From an uncultured Planctomycetota bacterium (GTDB lineage Bacteria; Planctomycetota; Planctomycetia; Isosphaerales; Isosphaeraceae): a stretch of DNA of 64,000 nucleotides. The translations under genes and the position numbers were made by a program. Location of the stretch: assembly GCA_963823665.1 (NCBI GenBank), contig CAWGMQ010000012.1:96001-160000 (forward strand), read 5' to 3'. Below are positions 53,232-64,000 of the stretch, one piece after another (positions within the stretch are counted from its first letter, which is position 1; the number at the start of each line of letters is the position of its first letter). Under the pieces are notes generated by a model. The model did no database searches, was not told the DNA's origin, and saw only the letters and a list, made by a program, of their open reading frames with translations.

Positions 53232-53869
53232 CCCTTCACGAAGAAATCGCGACCCAGTGCATTGCTCCGCTCTGGACCGCTGACTTCGTCTACGGGGTGC
53301 TGGTGACGACGCTGAAACGTCCGGGAAAGGGCCGGTCGGCCCAGGGCTCCAACACGCGGGGATGGCGATACGAGAATCGGCCGCGCGAGCTGGAAAGGTT
53401 TGATACCTTCGTCGGTGAGCTGGTCAACAACCTTCATCTCGGCAATCTTACGGCAGAGGCTGCGAGCCAACGGATCGATGTCAGCGGCTACGGAGACTTC
53501 ACCGGTGTCGCCGAGTCTTTGGACCAGATGATCGCTTTCTTCGCCGGCTATCTGACAGCCGGCGATAATGTGTGGTCGGAGGGCTGGACACCCCCTCGCG
53601 CCCGGGAATCGCGTTTTGACACTGCGAAGCTGGTACGATCGCAGCCATCCGCGTATTGTGTGATTGGAAGGACAGCAAATGGGGCTGGCGCTGCACTAGA
53701 CGCGCGATGGGGTGGGCGGTGCGCGATCGCAACACAAGTCAGAGACGCGGGTGGATGCGACTGCTTGCGTCAATCGCGTGGTCTTACCTCGCGGTCGACC
53801 GCGATTCCATTGCAGTCCGCTCGCGCTCCCGCCGTCGCGTGCGGCTCCTTCGCTTCCAGTTCAAGATAA
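53228..53869 (+). CDS. Hypothetical protein (3' part doubtful)
   Basis: ATGA overlap with the upstream gene; no recognisable motif; the tail overlaps the next ORF. Confidence 0.35.
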   Translation: MTLHEEIATQCIAPLWTADFVYGVLVTTLKRPGKGRSAQGSNTRGWRYENRPRELERFDTFVGELVNNLHLGNLTAEAASQRIDVSGYGDFTGVAESLDQMIAFFAGYLTAGDNVWSEGWTPPRARESRFDTAKLVRSQPSAYCVIGRTANGAGAALDARWGGRCAIATQVRDAGGCDCLRQSRGLTSRSTAIPLQSARAPAVACGSFASSSR

Positions 53870-54066
53870 GCCAGTTCATGCTCCTGACCGCCTATCTGGC
53901 TGGATCGTTCGCGTATCTTGTCGCGGCCGAGCGTGAGGGACGACCAAGCCGCTGTGGAACTCCCCTCGCGACCGCCGAGCTTCTCGTCGTGTCCATTTCG
54001 ATTGGTTACTTTGTTATCCGATCACTTATTCGGATGCTGATCTTCGCGATTCGACACCCTTCGTAG
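53755..54066 (+). CDS. Small membrane protein of planctomycete RF(S/T)I-type
   Basis: RFQFKISQFMLLTAYLAGSFAYL plus a second hydrophobic helix; start uncertain. Confidence 0.45.
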   Translation: MRLLASIAWSYLAVDRDSIAVRSRSRRRVRLLRFQFKISQFMLLTAYLAGSFAYLVAAEREGRPSRCGTPLATAELLVVSISIGYFVIRSLIRMLIFAIRHPS

Positions 54067-54203
54067 CGGCGGGGCCGTCATTGGGCGATGCGACTGCCCC
54101 TTGCGAGGCTTATCAGTCGCCGCCGATCGGCGATTTTGGTTTCAACTGACTCGGCGGTCGTGCTATATTCGTTCGTGGGTTGCGTTTGGGCGGAGGATGA
54201 CCA

Positions 54204-54503
54204 ATGAGAACAGTCGGAACGCACACAGAAGACAATGAGGTAACGATCCTCGCACGCATATTTGACGACGAGCGGGGGCTGCTTCCCCTCGCACTGGCTC
54301 GCTCATTGGTCGACGCGGATTTCTCTGAGCGAGACAAAGCCCGCATGCACGACTTGGCGGTGCGAAATCAGAGCGATGCGCTTTCTCCGAGCGAAAAAGA
54401 AGAGCTAATCGGTTTTGCCAAGGCAGGCACTCTTCTTTCCATTCTTCAATCGAAGGCCAGGCGCACGCTCAAGAGCAAACGCAAAAAACGCACTTCCTCC
54501 TGA
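54204..54503 (+). CDS. Small hypothetical protein, putative partner/antitoxin of the HNH nuclease
   Basis: GGAGGA RBS; extended -10 TGCTATATT at 54161; RMHDLAVRNQ..LSPSEKEEL...LLSILQSKAR. Confidence 0.7.
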   Translation: MRTVGTHTEDNEVTILARIFDDERGLLPLALARSLVDADFSERDKARMHDLAVRNQSDALSPSEKEELIGFAKAGTLLSILQSKARRTLKSKRKKRTSS

Positions 54504-54510
54504 GAGTTTC

Positions 54511-54915
54511 ATGGAAGCGGCGCTGATCCGTTTGGTCTGGCAACGAGCGGGTCGTCGTTGCGAGTATTGCCGAATGCCGCAGGATTACGATCGAATACGT
54601 TTCGAGATCGATCACATCATTTCGGAGAAACACAAGGGGCCGACAGTCGCCGCGAATCTGGCTCTGAGCTGTTTTTTTTGTAATTCGTTTAAGGGTTCGG
54701 ACATCGGCGGCCTGGACCGAGCGACACTGAAGCTCACGCCCTTGTTCCACCCGCGTCGCCAAAAGTGGTCAGTACATTTCCGCTGGGAAAACGCGTATCT
54801 CGTTGGCCGCACGCCGACAGGCCGCGTCACGGTTGAGCTCCTGAGATTCAATGACCCGTTCCGTGTAGAGCTGCGCGAAGCATTGATAGAGGAGGGCCTG
54901 TTCTTCCCGGTATAA
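54511..54915 (+). CDS. HNH endonuclease
   Basis: RAGRRCEYC...EIDHII...G.T...NLALSCFFCNSFKG...LFHPRRQKWSVHF...TPTGRVT. Confidence 0.9.
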   Translation: MEAALIRLVWQRAGRRCEYCRMPQDYDRIRFEIDHIISEKHKGPTVAANLALSCFFCNSFKGSDIGGLDRATLKLTPLFHPRRQKWSVHFRWENAYLVGRTPTGRVTVELLRFNDPFRVELREALIEEGLFFPV

Positions 54916-54961
54916 GCCGCACGACGGGCTCAAATCGCAATCCGATGAGGAATTCCAGGCG

Positions 54962-56110
54962 ATGCGATGGGTTTGGAAGACTCTGGGAATTCTGATCCTG
55001 CTGATGCTGGGCGTCGCCGTCGTCAGCGTGGTCGTGATCATGCGGACCTGGCCGGCGCCGACGGAGGAAGAACAGTTCCAGCCGATTCACGCGGTCGCGT
55101 TTTTTCCGGATGGCCGCAGGTTCGCGACCATGAACAACGCAGGACCCGTGCGAATCTGGGACGTGAAAACGGGCAAGGAGCTGGCGCGATTCAAGCCAGG
55201 CGGTCGGAGTTCCCCCGACACGGGGATCGTTGCGATGGCCGTATCGGCAGACGGGCGGTATCTGGCAGGGGCGTCGAATCGTGGGCATCCCGGGAATTAC
55301 GACGTGCTGGTGTGGGACGTCGCGACCGGGCACGAGGTCAGGTCGTTCGTCGGACACTCCGAAATGGCAAAAGCCGTCGCCTTTACCCCCGACGGGCGGT
55401 CCATCCTCTCCGCCGGCTACGATCATTCGATTCACGTCTGGGACATAGCTACCGGGCGTGAAGTGCACCGTCTGCTGGGGCACAGCTCGGACGTGAACAC
55501 GCTGGCCGTGACGCCGGACAGTCACTACGTGCTTTCTGGCGCCGGCGATTACGACGGTGGCAAATTGCACGACCCCACGATTCGAATGTGGGATCTCCAA
55601 AGTGGCTCGATGGTCCGGGTCTTTGAAGGTCATTCCGGCATGATTGATGACATCAGCATTTCTCCAGACGGTAAGTTCATGGCCTCCGTCTCCTGGGACA
55701 CAACTCTCCGAATCTGGAACTTATCGAGTGGCGACCAGACACGAAGCTGGCGCGCGCCGCGCGGAATCTTCAACGCGGTGTCATTCTCTCCAAATGGTAA
55801 AAATACTATCACCTCATCATCATACTCGCAAGAGGGGGCGGTCCAGCTCTGGGACATCGCCACCGGTCAAGAGTTGCGCGCATTCGGCCCCAACACCATC
55901 GCCCATGATGTCGCATTTTCGCCCGATGGAAAGAACCTTGTCGCGGCCCGGGAAATCACGGTTCCCGCACCGCCGCCTCACCCATTCGCCCTGATGTACG
56001 CCGACGAATTCCAGGCGGGTATCGCCGTCGTCTCGGATGTCGAGAGTGCCAAAGAGCTGCTGCGTGTGGGAGTAGTCCCGCGCGAGCCGGCACAGCAACC
56101 ATCCAACTGA
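54962..56110 (+). CDS. Membrane-anchored WD40 repeat protein
   Basis: N-terminal TM helix; GHS...AVAFTPDG...SIHVWD repeats. Confidence 0.9.
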   Translation: MRWVWKTLGILILLMLGVAVVSVVVIMRTWPAPTEEEQFQPIHAVAFFPDGRRFATMNNAGPVRIWDVKTGKELARFKPGGRSSPDTGIVAMAVSADGRYLAGASNRGHPGNYDVLVWDVATGHEVRSFVGHSEMAKAVAFTPDGRSILSAGYDHSIHVWDIATGREVHRLLGHSSDVNTLAVTPDSHYVLSGAGDYDGGKLHDPTIRMWDLQSGSMVRVFEGHSGMIDDISISPDGKFMASVSWDTTLRIWNLSSGDQTRSWRAPRGIFNAVSFSPNGKNTITSSSYSQEGAVQLWDIATGQELRAFGPNTIAHDVAFSPDGKNLVAAREITVPAPPPHPFALMYADEFQAGIAVVSDVESAKELLRVGVVPREPAQQPSN

Positions 56111-56139
56111 CGGATCATCACGCGTGGGGAGAACAACAA

Positions 56140-56493
56140 ATGAGCCTCGAGCTGCACTGGACATGTGACGGCTGTGGGCGGCGCGAAATCGGAGCTCCGA
56201 ACGATTTTCCCAAAGGTTGGTCCATCTTCAGGGGTCGCCGAATCACTCACTACTGCGCGGAGTGCGCACCGCCGAAAGCAAACTCGGGGTTTCTCCGCCA
56301 GTTTCATTACTGGTGCCTGCGAAATCCCGCGCTCGCCGCGATGGCTGCTTGCCTGATCATGGTCCTGCTCGACTTCACGGCGATGAGCGTATTCGCAGCG
56401 TGGAAGTTTCGACAAATGCACGGCCGAATCGTTGAATTGGAAAAAGCCCAGTCGGTTTTGCCCGAGCAGATTTCTGCTCCGCCGCAGCCTTGA
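56140..56493 (+). CDS. Small Zn-finger membrane protein
   Basis: GGAGA RBS; CDGC...HYCAEC; one TM helix. Confidence 0.6.
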   Translation: MSLELHWTCDGCGRREIGAPNDFPKGWSIFRGRRITHYCAECAPPKANSGFLRQFHYWCLRNPALAAMAACLIMVLLDFTAMSVFAAWKFRQMHGRIVELEKAQSVLPEQISAPPQP

Positions 56494-56506
56494 TGCCATG
56501 CCGGAT

Positions 56507-59500
56507 CTACGACGCGGTCGGCGTGATCGTGTTGCCCTTCTTGGAAATGGCAAACACGGTGGTGCCGCCAACCGGCGCCCCCGTTGCTCCCCTGACTCCG
56601 CTCTCGACGGTGAGCCGGCCGCCGGTTGCGAAGGCCTGGGTGCCGATCAGGTTCAGATCCACGATCTCGCCGCCCGCGGCGTACGAGACGGTGAACTTGG
56701 TGATCGGCTTGAGAACGATCGTCGTCTTCTTCTTCACCTTCTTGGTCGTGACGTTATCGAGCTGGTAATTGCCAGGATTGCTGGCGCTGCCCTGATCGAG
56801 CGGGGCGCTCCAGTCGAGCGCGAAGCCGGTCAGGATCGGTTTGCCGGTCGGCTTGCCTTTCTTGTTCGTCTTGCGGGTGAAGATGGCCTGCTCGCCGATG
56901 ACCACCGGTGCCACTACCGGTGGGCTCGACACGGTGGTCGTCGCCTGCGCGGTAAGTGGGGCTGCCTGGATGACGCCCAGGTTATTGGTGGCGACGCTGT
57001 AGAACCCGTAGGTGTTGCCGGATTGGCCTGTGAAGGTTGCCGAGGTCGCCGTCGTCTTCGTCAGGAACGGCGTGAACGCCCCGCCGTCATCCGAGACGAA
57101 GATCTCATACGAGGTGATGCTCGAGGCACCCGGCCCTGGCGAGCCGCTCCAGCTCACGGTAAAGCTCGTGCTCGTCGTGGTGCCTGGGAGTGCACTCACC
57201 ATGCTGGTGGGCGGGTTGCCAATATAGGTCATGGCCTGGGCGGCACTCGGCGTCGCCTGGACGTTGCCCACGTTGTCGGTGGCGACGCTGTAGAAGCCGT
57301 AGGAATGGCCGACCTGGCCGGTGAACGTGGTCGATGTGGCCGACGTGGTGATCAGAGGGGTGAACGGTCCGCCGTCCTCCGAGACGTACACGGTGTAGGA
57401 CGCGATGCCGGAACCGCCCGGGTCGTCGTGGCCGGACCAACGCAAGGTGAAAGGTGACGCGCTGCCGGCCGGCAGCGCCGCCACGCTGCTGGTGGGAGGA
57501 CCGGAATCAATCGGGTTTGCCAGCGGCGCTGTGGCCAGGGAGCTCTGGTCGGGCAAGCCCGCATCAAAGAACACCGTGGCTTGACTTTTGATGACCATAC
57601 CCGTTGTGTCGGTTGCTTTCGGCTGAACCGTGTAGCTGACAAATCCTTCGCCGTCGGGAGGCGTGGTGTCCGGCGCCAGGAAGCCTTCCAGTACGTTGCC
57701 GCTCGGCAGGTCCATGGTGCTGGGGTCAATGGTCGTGAACGTCCAGGTGACCAGCCCGGTCTGCGAGTTCAGGTCGGCGGTGACATCGACGTAAACGCCC
57801 AGAGTGGCGGTGGCGTCCACCTGAGTGCTGAAGCTGGTCAAGCCTTGTGGTACGGCGATCGTGTAACCGGCGAAGCCGATGGAGCCGAATTGGAAGGTGT
57901 TCCAATCGAGGTTGGGATCGAGCTGCTCGGTCACCTCGACGATTTCCGCTGAGGCCGAGGCTGTCGGCTCATTTTCAAAATTGACGGTGAAAGGCAGTAT
58001 CTGCTTCTGGGAGATAAAGCCAACGGGACCGGCCAGACTGTTGGGATCATCGGGCTGGGCGCTCATGGATGTCCCGTCGCCGCCCGGATTCGCCGGGGGA
58101 CGAGGGCGGTTCGGATCTCCTGGCAGTGGCACACTCACCATGAAGGTCTGCGGCTTAAACCTCGCGTCGGGGTAAGATGTCTGAAACGGAACATCGAAAG
58201 CCTCGCCGACCGATTCCAGGAATCTCATCGTGGTCGTGACTATCTGCTCGAGACCAGTCCCGAGGTCTCCAGGTATAAAATCAACGGTGTCGTTGGTGAT
58301 GTTGTTGACACTGTAATTCACGGTGACCTGGCCGCTGCCGGAAAATGTGATGGTTACGCTGCCGTCCCAATGCCGATTGTCGTCGTACTCCTGCCCGCTT
58401 CCTGTGCCCGGCGTAAAAAACCTCGCTTCGCCGATGCCGCCCGCAAGATTGCCAGGGATGGTGTATACTTCCCTGTAAGGTATGAGTGTGTTCTCCTGAA
58501 TACTACCGTAATCGGTGTCAAGCAGTAGACTGTTACCACCCCCGGCAAGTAGTTGGGGAAAGTGGTCCGGATCGAGCGGCAGAGTGTAGCCGGCAGACGA
58601 TCCGAGGACCATCGAAGGGGTAATCGTACCGTTAGAAAACATGGTCTGAATGCCTGTCCGAACCTCGCTTTCGATTGTCGCGATCCTCGCGTTTTGCACC
58701 TTGTCCGAAGCATCGACCTCGATAAATCCCTTGGAGACTGCCGACCCTTGAACAATGTCGGAACTGGGCCCGTAGAACTGCTTCTCAAGGTGAATCGCCG
58801 ACGTTGAGTCGAGATATTCGTGCCAGATCGACTCGACCTCGTAGCCCCACCCAGAAAGAGCTGCGGGGAGCCACACAGAGTGCAGGTAGTTCTGTGCCGC
58901 GACGGTTACAGCGTCATCCGGAAACAACGGGTTGGTGTCGCCTGGCGGATAGACCGCGTAATCCCTGGTCCCGGCGCCGGTCAGCGTGCCTGACTGGGGA
59001 GCCGCGGCCGCCGTCACGTTGTTCGTTGCTGTTGGCGGCAGGTCCGCCGCGGCGAATCCCGCCGCGGATGAATTACCCACGCCGCTTACGATCGGCTGCA
59101 ACTGGACCGCACCCAGATTGACCTGGCCGCCGGCGCCGACCTGCACCGCGTTCTCCGTTGCCATGCTCATTCCAGACGCTGAGATCAAGCTCAGGTCATA
59201 GGTTCCCGCGGCCAGACCCGACAATGTGAAATGACCGCTCGAGTCACCATCGGCGTTGAACAGGGACATCGGCGTAGTGCTGTTTTCCATTTCCGCCTGA
59301 ACATACAGGTCCGTCACGACCGAGCCGTCGGCCAGTGTGGCCGATCCGGTAACTGTTGCCTGCGCGTTCATGATGAGATTGACCGAATTGAAATTTGCTG
59401 AGACCGATACGTTATCCCGCTCCGTCTGCGCAAATCCGTCAGCATCAGCGATAAACGTGTAAGTTCCGGCTGCCAGCCCAGTGAGCTGATAATTGCCGCC

Positions 59501-62500
59501 GCCGTCACCCGTGACTGTGTCAACGAGCGTCGAACGGGAGAATACATTGATCGTTGCATTCGGTACGGGCACACCACCGGGCCCCTGTACGGTGCCTGCG
59601 ACCACGACCTGCGGGGCCACCGTGACGGTCACGCCCGCGAGCGGCGTGCCACTCGTGACGCTGATCGTCGCCGGCGTCGTGGAAACCACCGCGGCACCTT
59701 CTACCTGGAGAGAATACGTGCCGGACGTGAGATTCGGCAGAACGAATGAGCCGTCGTTGAGGATATAGGCCACATAATCGCTCGCATCCGTTCCGTTGAT
59801 TGCTTCGATCCGTTGTCCCGCGAGCTGAACCAGCGAGCTCGCCGAGACAACCGACCCGCTGATCGACGAACCGAGCGAAGCTTCCACCTTCTGATATTCC
59901 TGCTGGAGAAGCGCGGTTTCATCCTGGGGATTGCCCACTGCGGCGGGGAGCAATGTCGCATTCGCCGCAAGCATCGCGTCGAAGTCGCCCCAGCTCGGTC
60001 CGACGAGTGATTCCATCGTCGTTAGAACGTTCGGGAGAAGCGGATCGCTCGAGGCGAACGTATTGAGTATGTCCGATACATAGGCCCAGGCCATCGGCAC
60101 GGTATTGCCGTCGTCGATGTAGGACGTATCGATTTCGATGTTCTGCCCGCCGGTCGACGGCGCCTGGACAAGCAACGGCACGGTCACGCTCTCGCCCGGC
60201 TCAAGAATACCGGCCGGCCCCTGTTCGCCTGCTGCCAGGAACTCATCCTCGGTGACCGACGGCTGGCTCGATGTATCGCGCGTGAACAAGTCCCCCGTCG
60301 GACTTGTCAAGTAGATGATCGGCGCAACAAGATTGGATTGCCCCACATTGGTGTAAATCACTTGGGCCGTGAAGATTGTTCCGGCTCGCGCGACACTCGG
60401 CATGACGACTTGAATTGCCAGTTTCCCGACAGACCCTGCGATCACGTTGACTGCGCCGGCGAGCGTCGTGTTCTCCGTGCCACTGTTGACTTGCACGCTA
60501 TACACGCCAGCAGAGACACCGGCGAGATCGAAGGTGGCGTAGAGCGTGGTGCTGCTTTGATATTCGAGCTGTGCCGCCGGCACCGTGGTGCCGCCGGACA
60601 AGAGCGTAACGGAGCTGCCCGGCGCGAAGTCGGTCCCCTGAAGTGTGATCGTTACCGCGCCGCTGTTGGCGACGGTGCTTGGCGTAACACTGTTCAGTTC
60701 CAGTGGCGGCAGGGTCGCCGTCAAACTGTACGAGACGGTCGATCCGTCGCCCTGGACGCTGAGGTAGTAGAGACCTGTCTGCGGGCTGGCGAGGAGAACT
60801 TGTTGCTGGGATGATGTGGCGTTGTAGGCGTGCTGATCGAAGTTGCCGGAACCGGGAACATACTGGTATCCCTCGAACAGCTCCGCGCCGCCAGGCGAGC
60901 TGGTGCTCAGATTGATCTGCACCGCGCTCTCCTGGGGCAGAAGCAGTTGATAAAAGGCATCCTGGCCGGCGGAGAGTGTTCCGGTAACCGGGGCCGGATT
61001 TCCTCCCGATGGACTGAGTGAGAGGGCCGGCACGGTTACTTCGATGGGCGCGGTCGAAACCGCGACGTTGTTGGTCCGGTTCAGATCGGGAAGCAGCAGG
61101 GTACTGTCGGCCACAACGATCACATAATATGGGCCGGGAAGTGCTCCCGGCAGCGGTGCTGTCAACGTTCCCGTGTAACTCGCCGCCGCCGCCAGAGGAC
61201 CGCTTTCCGTGACGCGGCCGATGAGCAGGGCGTCGGAGCTCAGGGTGTTGTCGCTTGAGAGATAGACGGAATCGGTCCAGCTCCCGGACGCGGCCTGGCT
61301 GCCTATGTCCTGCACGATCCAATGGACAGTCACCGGCTGCCCGTCCGAACCGGCTGCCGGCGCGCTCACGGACGTGGCGGCCAGGTCGATCTTGGAAATG
61401 GCGGTCTCTTGCACCCAGATGGCGCCCATGTCATATCCGGACCCATCGCCTCGGCCGGTGATCTGCGGGTCCTCATACGGTGGATTACCGAAGAAATCGG
61501 TCGCGGGAGCGCCTGTACGCGTGCCGGCGCCCTCGGCGGGCGAGCCGGGAGTCAGGTTGTACTGCGTGCCATTGCCGCTGACAAATTCGGGATCGGCGGA
61601 GATGTTGCCATTCGTGCCGGTCGGGTCGGTCAGGCCGGAATAGTTCGGTACGCCCGGGTTGTAGACGTCGTTGTAGCTGATCGTCAAGATGGTCGGGCTG
61701 CGCTCGATCACACCGGCGTGGCCGCTGTTTGCGATCAGGTCGTTGACGAGGGTCGCAGTCGGCCCGTCGAGGATGACGCCGTAGACGGTGTTGCCGTCGA
61801 TGGTGTTGTTGACCACCGTGTCCATGGACCCGGCCTCGAGCTCCAAGCCGGTCAGGTTCTGTACGAACACGTCGCCCTCCAGCGTTACGTCCGAGCCGGT
61901 CAAGGCGATCAGGCCCACGTGAACGCCGTTGCTCACGATGCTGTTGTCCATCGTCAGGGCGCGCCGTCCGTTTCGACGCAACCGAGGCTTTCAATGCCGA
62001 CCTGCCCGCCGTACCGCACCTCGACGTGGTCCATCACGTTGGCCGTGCTGGTGGACGTGAACTGGATGCCGGTCCAGTTGCCTGGCTCGGGCGTGCTGTT
62101 CGGGTTGTTAGTGGCCTCGCCGCCGGCGGAGTTGTCCTCGACGGAGGTAAAGATGATCGGCTGAGCGGCGGTTCCCGTCGCATCGAGCGTGCCAGCGACC
62201 GTCAACTGTGTGAGATACCCGAGTCCAGATCCTCCAGCCTTGATGATCTGCCCGGCACCGATGGTGAGCGTCATTCCGGCAGGCACCACGACCGTTCCGC
62301 CCAGCGTGTACACGATGTCCGGGTTATTCCAGGATTCGCTGCCTGAAAGCGTGCCGGCGCCGAGCAGGAGCCCGTTGGTTCCGTTGTTGCTGACGTTGAC
62401 GCCGGTGATGATTGGACTCGAATTGACGTCCATGGTCACGGCATCGTAGGCATTATTCGTAATCGTGTCGCCGCTCAGCGTGGCGGTGCTCTGAGCCAGT

Positions 62501-64000
62501 TGCACGCCGTTGTCCGACGAATAGCTCACGACGCTGTCGAAGAGGGTAAGGGGCCCACCGTCGTCGTAGACCTCCGCCGACGCGGCGCCGCCACCCGCGT
62601 ACATCACGTCCACATAGTCCAGCACGTTGTTCGTGCTGTCGGCGTTGAATTGCAGCCCGCTCCAGGCCCCCGGGTTCCCCACGCTGGTGCCGGTCGAGTC
62701 GTTGTCGGTGTTCCCACCCGAGGCGTCGTCTCTGATCGACGTGAAGATGACCGGCGCCGCCGCCGTCCCCTGCGCGGAGAGCGTGCCGTCCACCGTCAAG
62801 AGAGTGTAATCCAGAAGTCCAGGTCCCCCAGCCTTGATGACCTGCCCGGCGCCGATGGTGAGCGTCATGCCGTTCGGCACCGTGACGCTGCCGCTCAATG
62901 AGTAGACGATATCCGGGTTGGTCCAGTTCAGGCTTTCGACCAGTGAGCCGGAACCAACGACCAAGCCATTGTTGCCGTTGCCGGCGAAGCTCGTCGCCGT
63001 CTCGCCGGTGATGGTTGGGTTGGAGTCAAGATCCATGGCCACGGCATCGTAGGCATTATTCGTAAAAGTGTCGGCGTCGAGCGTGGCGTTGGTCTGAGCC
63101 AGTTGCAGGCCGTTGTCCGAGGAATGACTCACAACGCTGTTGGATATGGCCAGCGGTCCGCCGTCGTCGTGGACCGCCGCTGTCGCGGCACCGCCGCCGG
63201 CGTACATCACGTCCACATTGTCCAGCACGTTGTTCGTGCTGTCGGCGTTGAATTGCAGCCCGGACCAGTTCCCCGGGTGCCCCACGCTGGTGCCGGTCGA
63301 GTCGTTGTCGGTGTTCCCACCCGAGGAGTCATCATAGATTGACGTGAAGATCACCGGCGCCGCCGCCGTCCCCTGCGCGCTCAGCGTGCCGTCGACCGTC
63401 AAGAGCGCAGAATACCCTTGTCCACCTACTCCAGCCTTGATGATCTGCCCGGGACCGACGGTGAGCGTCATACCCTTCGGCACCTCGACGCTGCCGCTCA
63501 ACGTGTAGACAACGTCAGGGTTGGTCCAGTTCAGGCTTTCGACCAGTGAGCCGGCGGCAAAAACCAGGCCGTTGTTGCCGTTGCCGGCGAAGCTCGTCGC
63601 CGTCTCGCCAGTGATGGTTGGGTTGGAGTCAAGATCCATGGCCACGGCATCGTAGGCATTATTCGTAAAAGTGTCGGCGTCGAGCGTGGCGTTGGTCTGA
63701 GCCAGTTGCAGGCCGTTGTCCGAGGAATGACTCACAACGCTGTTGGATATGGCCAGCGGTCCGCCGTCGTCGTAGACCGCTGCTGTCGCGGCACCGCCGC
63801 CGGCGTACATCACGTCCACATTGTCCAGCACGTTGTTCGTGCTGTCGGCGTTGAATTGCAGCCCGGACCAGTTCCCCGGGTGCCCCACGCTGGTGCCGGT
63901 CGAGTCGTTGTCGGTGTTCCCACCCGAGGAGTCATCATAGATTGACGTGAAGATCACCGGCGCCGCCGCCGCCCCCTGCGCGCTCAGCGTGCCGTCGACC
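56507..64000 (-). CDS. Giant surface protein (5' end outside the window): beta-helix repeats, CARDB-like, IPT/Ig-like, carboxypeptidase-regulatory-like and FN3-like modules; frameshift at ~61962
   Basis: PVIFTSIxDD...GNWSGLQF repeats; DLAATSVSAP...WTDSVYLSSD...NRTNN; DPNSLAGP...FENEP..SA; the two ORFs join as ETDGG-ALTM with one added base. Confidence 0.85.
62450..64000 (-). repeat. Intragenic tandem repeat, period 603 bp (201 aa), at least 2.5 copies
   Basis: GGCATCGTAGGCATTATTCGTAA recurs at 603-bp spacing (CGTAA at 62458, 63061, 63664). Confidence 0.92.

Overview
High-GC bacterial DNA whose gene content points to Planctomycetota, probably Isosphaeraceae-like. This is inferred from LE(Q/D)RxLL export motifs, ECF sigma factor/Ser-Thr kinase pairs and carboxypeptidase-regulatory-like repeat proteins. 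The window is dense in signalling and surface genes: three ECF sigma factors, four Hanks-type kinases (one WD40 type; three translationally coupled TPR types behind one ECF43-like sigma), a BlaI/BlaR1(M56) pair with a clear operator-promoter, and two giant repeat-rich exported proteins. The most interesting items are: (i) a structured leader with an intrinsic terminator, alternative pairings and an 11-codon uORF upstream of an amidohydrolase, a candidate unnamed riboswitch/attenuator; (ii) an ATGA-coupled two-gene cassette (Zn-ribbon/possible ADP-ribosyltransferase-like protein plus unknown-domain metallophosphoesterase) that looks like a defence/conflict system; (iii) the tandem receptor-kinase array with 9/6/10 variable 49-aa repeats; (iv) a ~173-bp dispersed GTAG-REP/MITE-like element present three times. 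About 11 single-base frameshifts, many in G/C runs, are more likely sequencing/assembly errors than real pseudogenes. No rRNA, tRNA, CRISPR array or transposase was recognised. All family assignments are by eye, without database searches.
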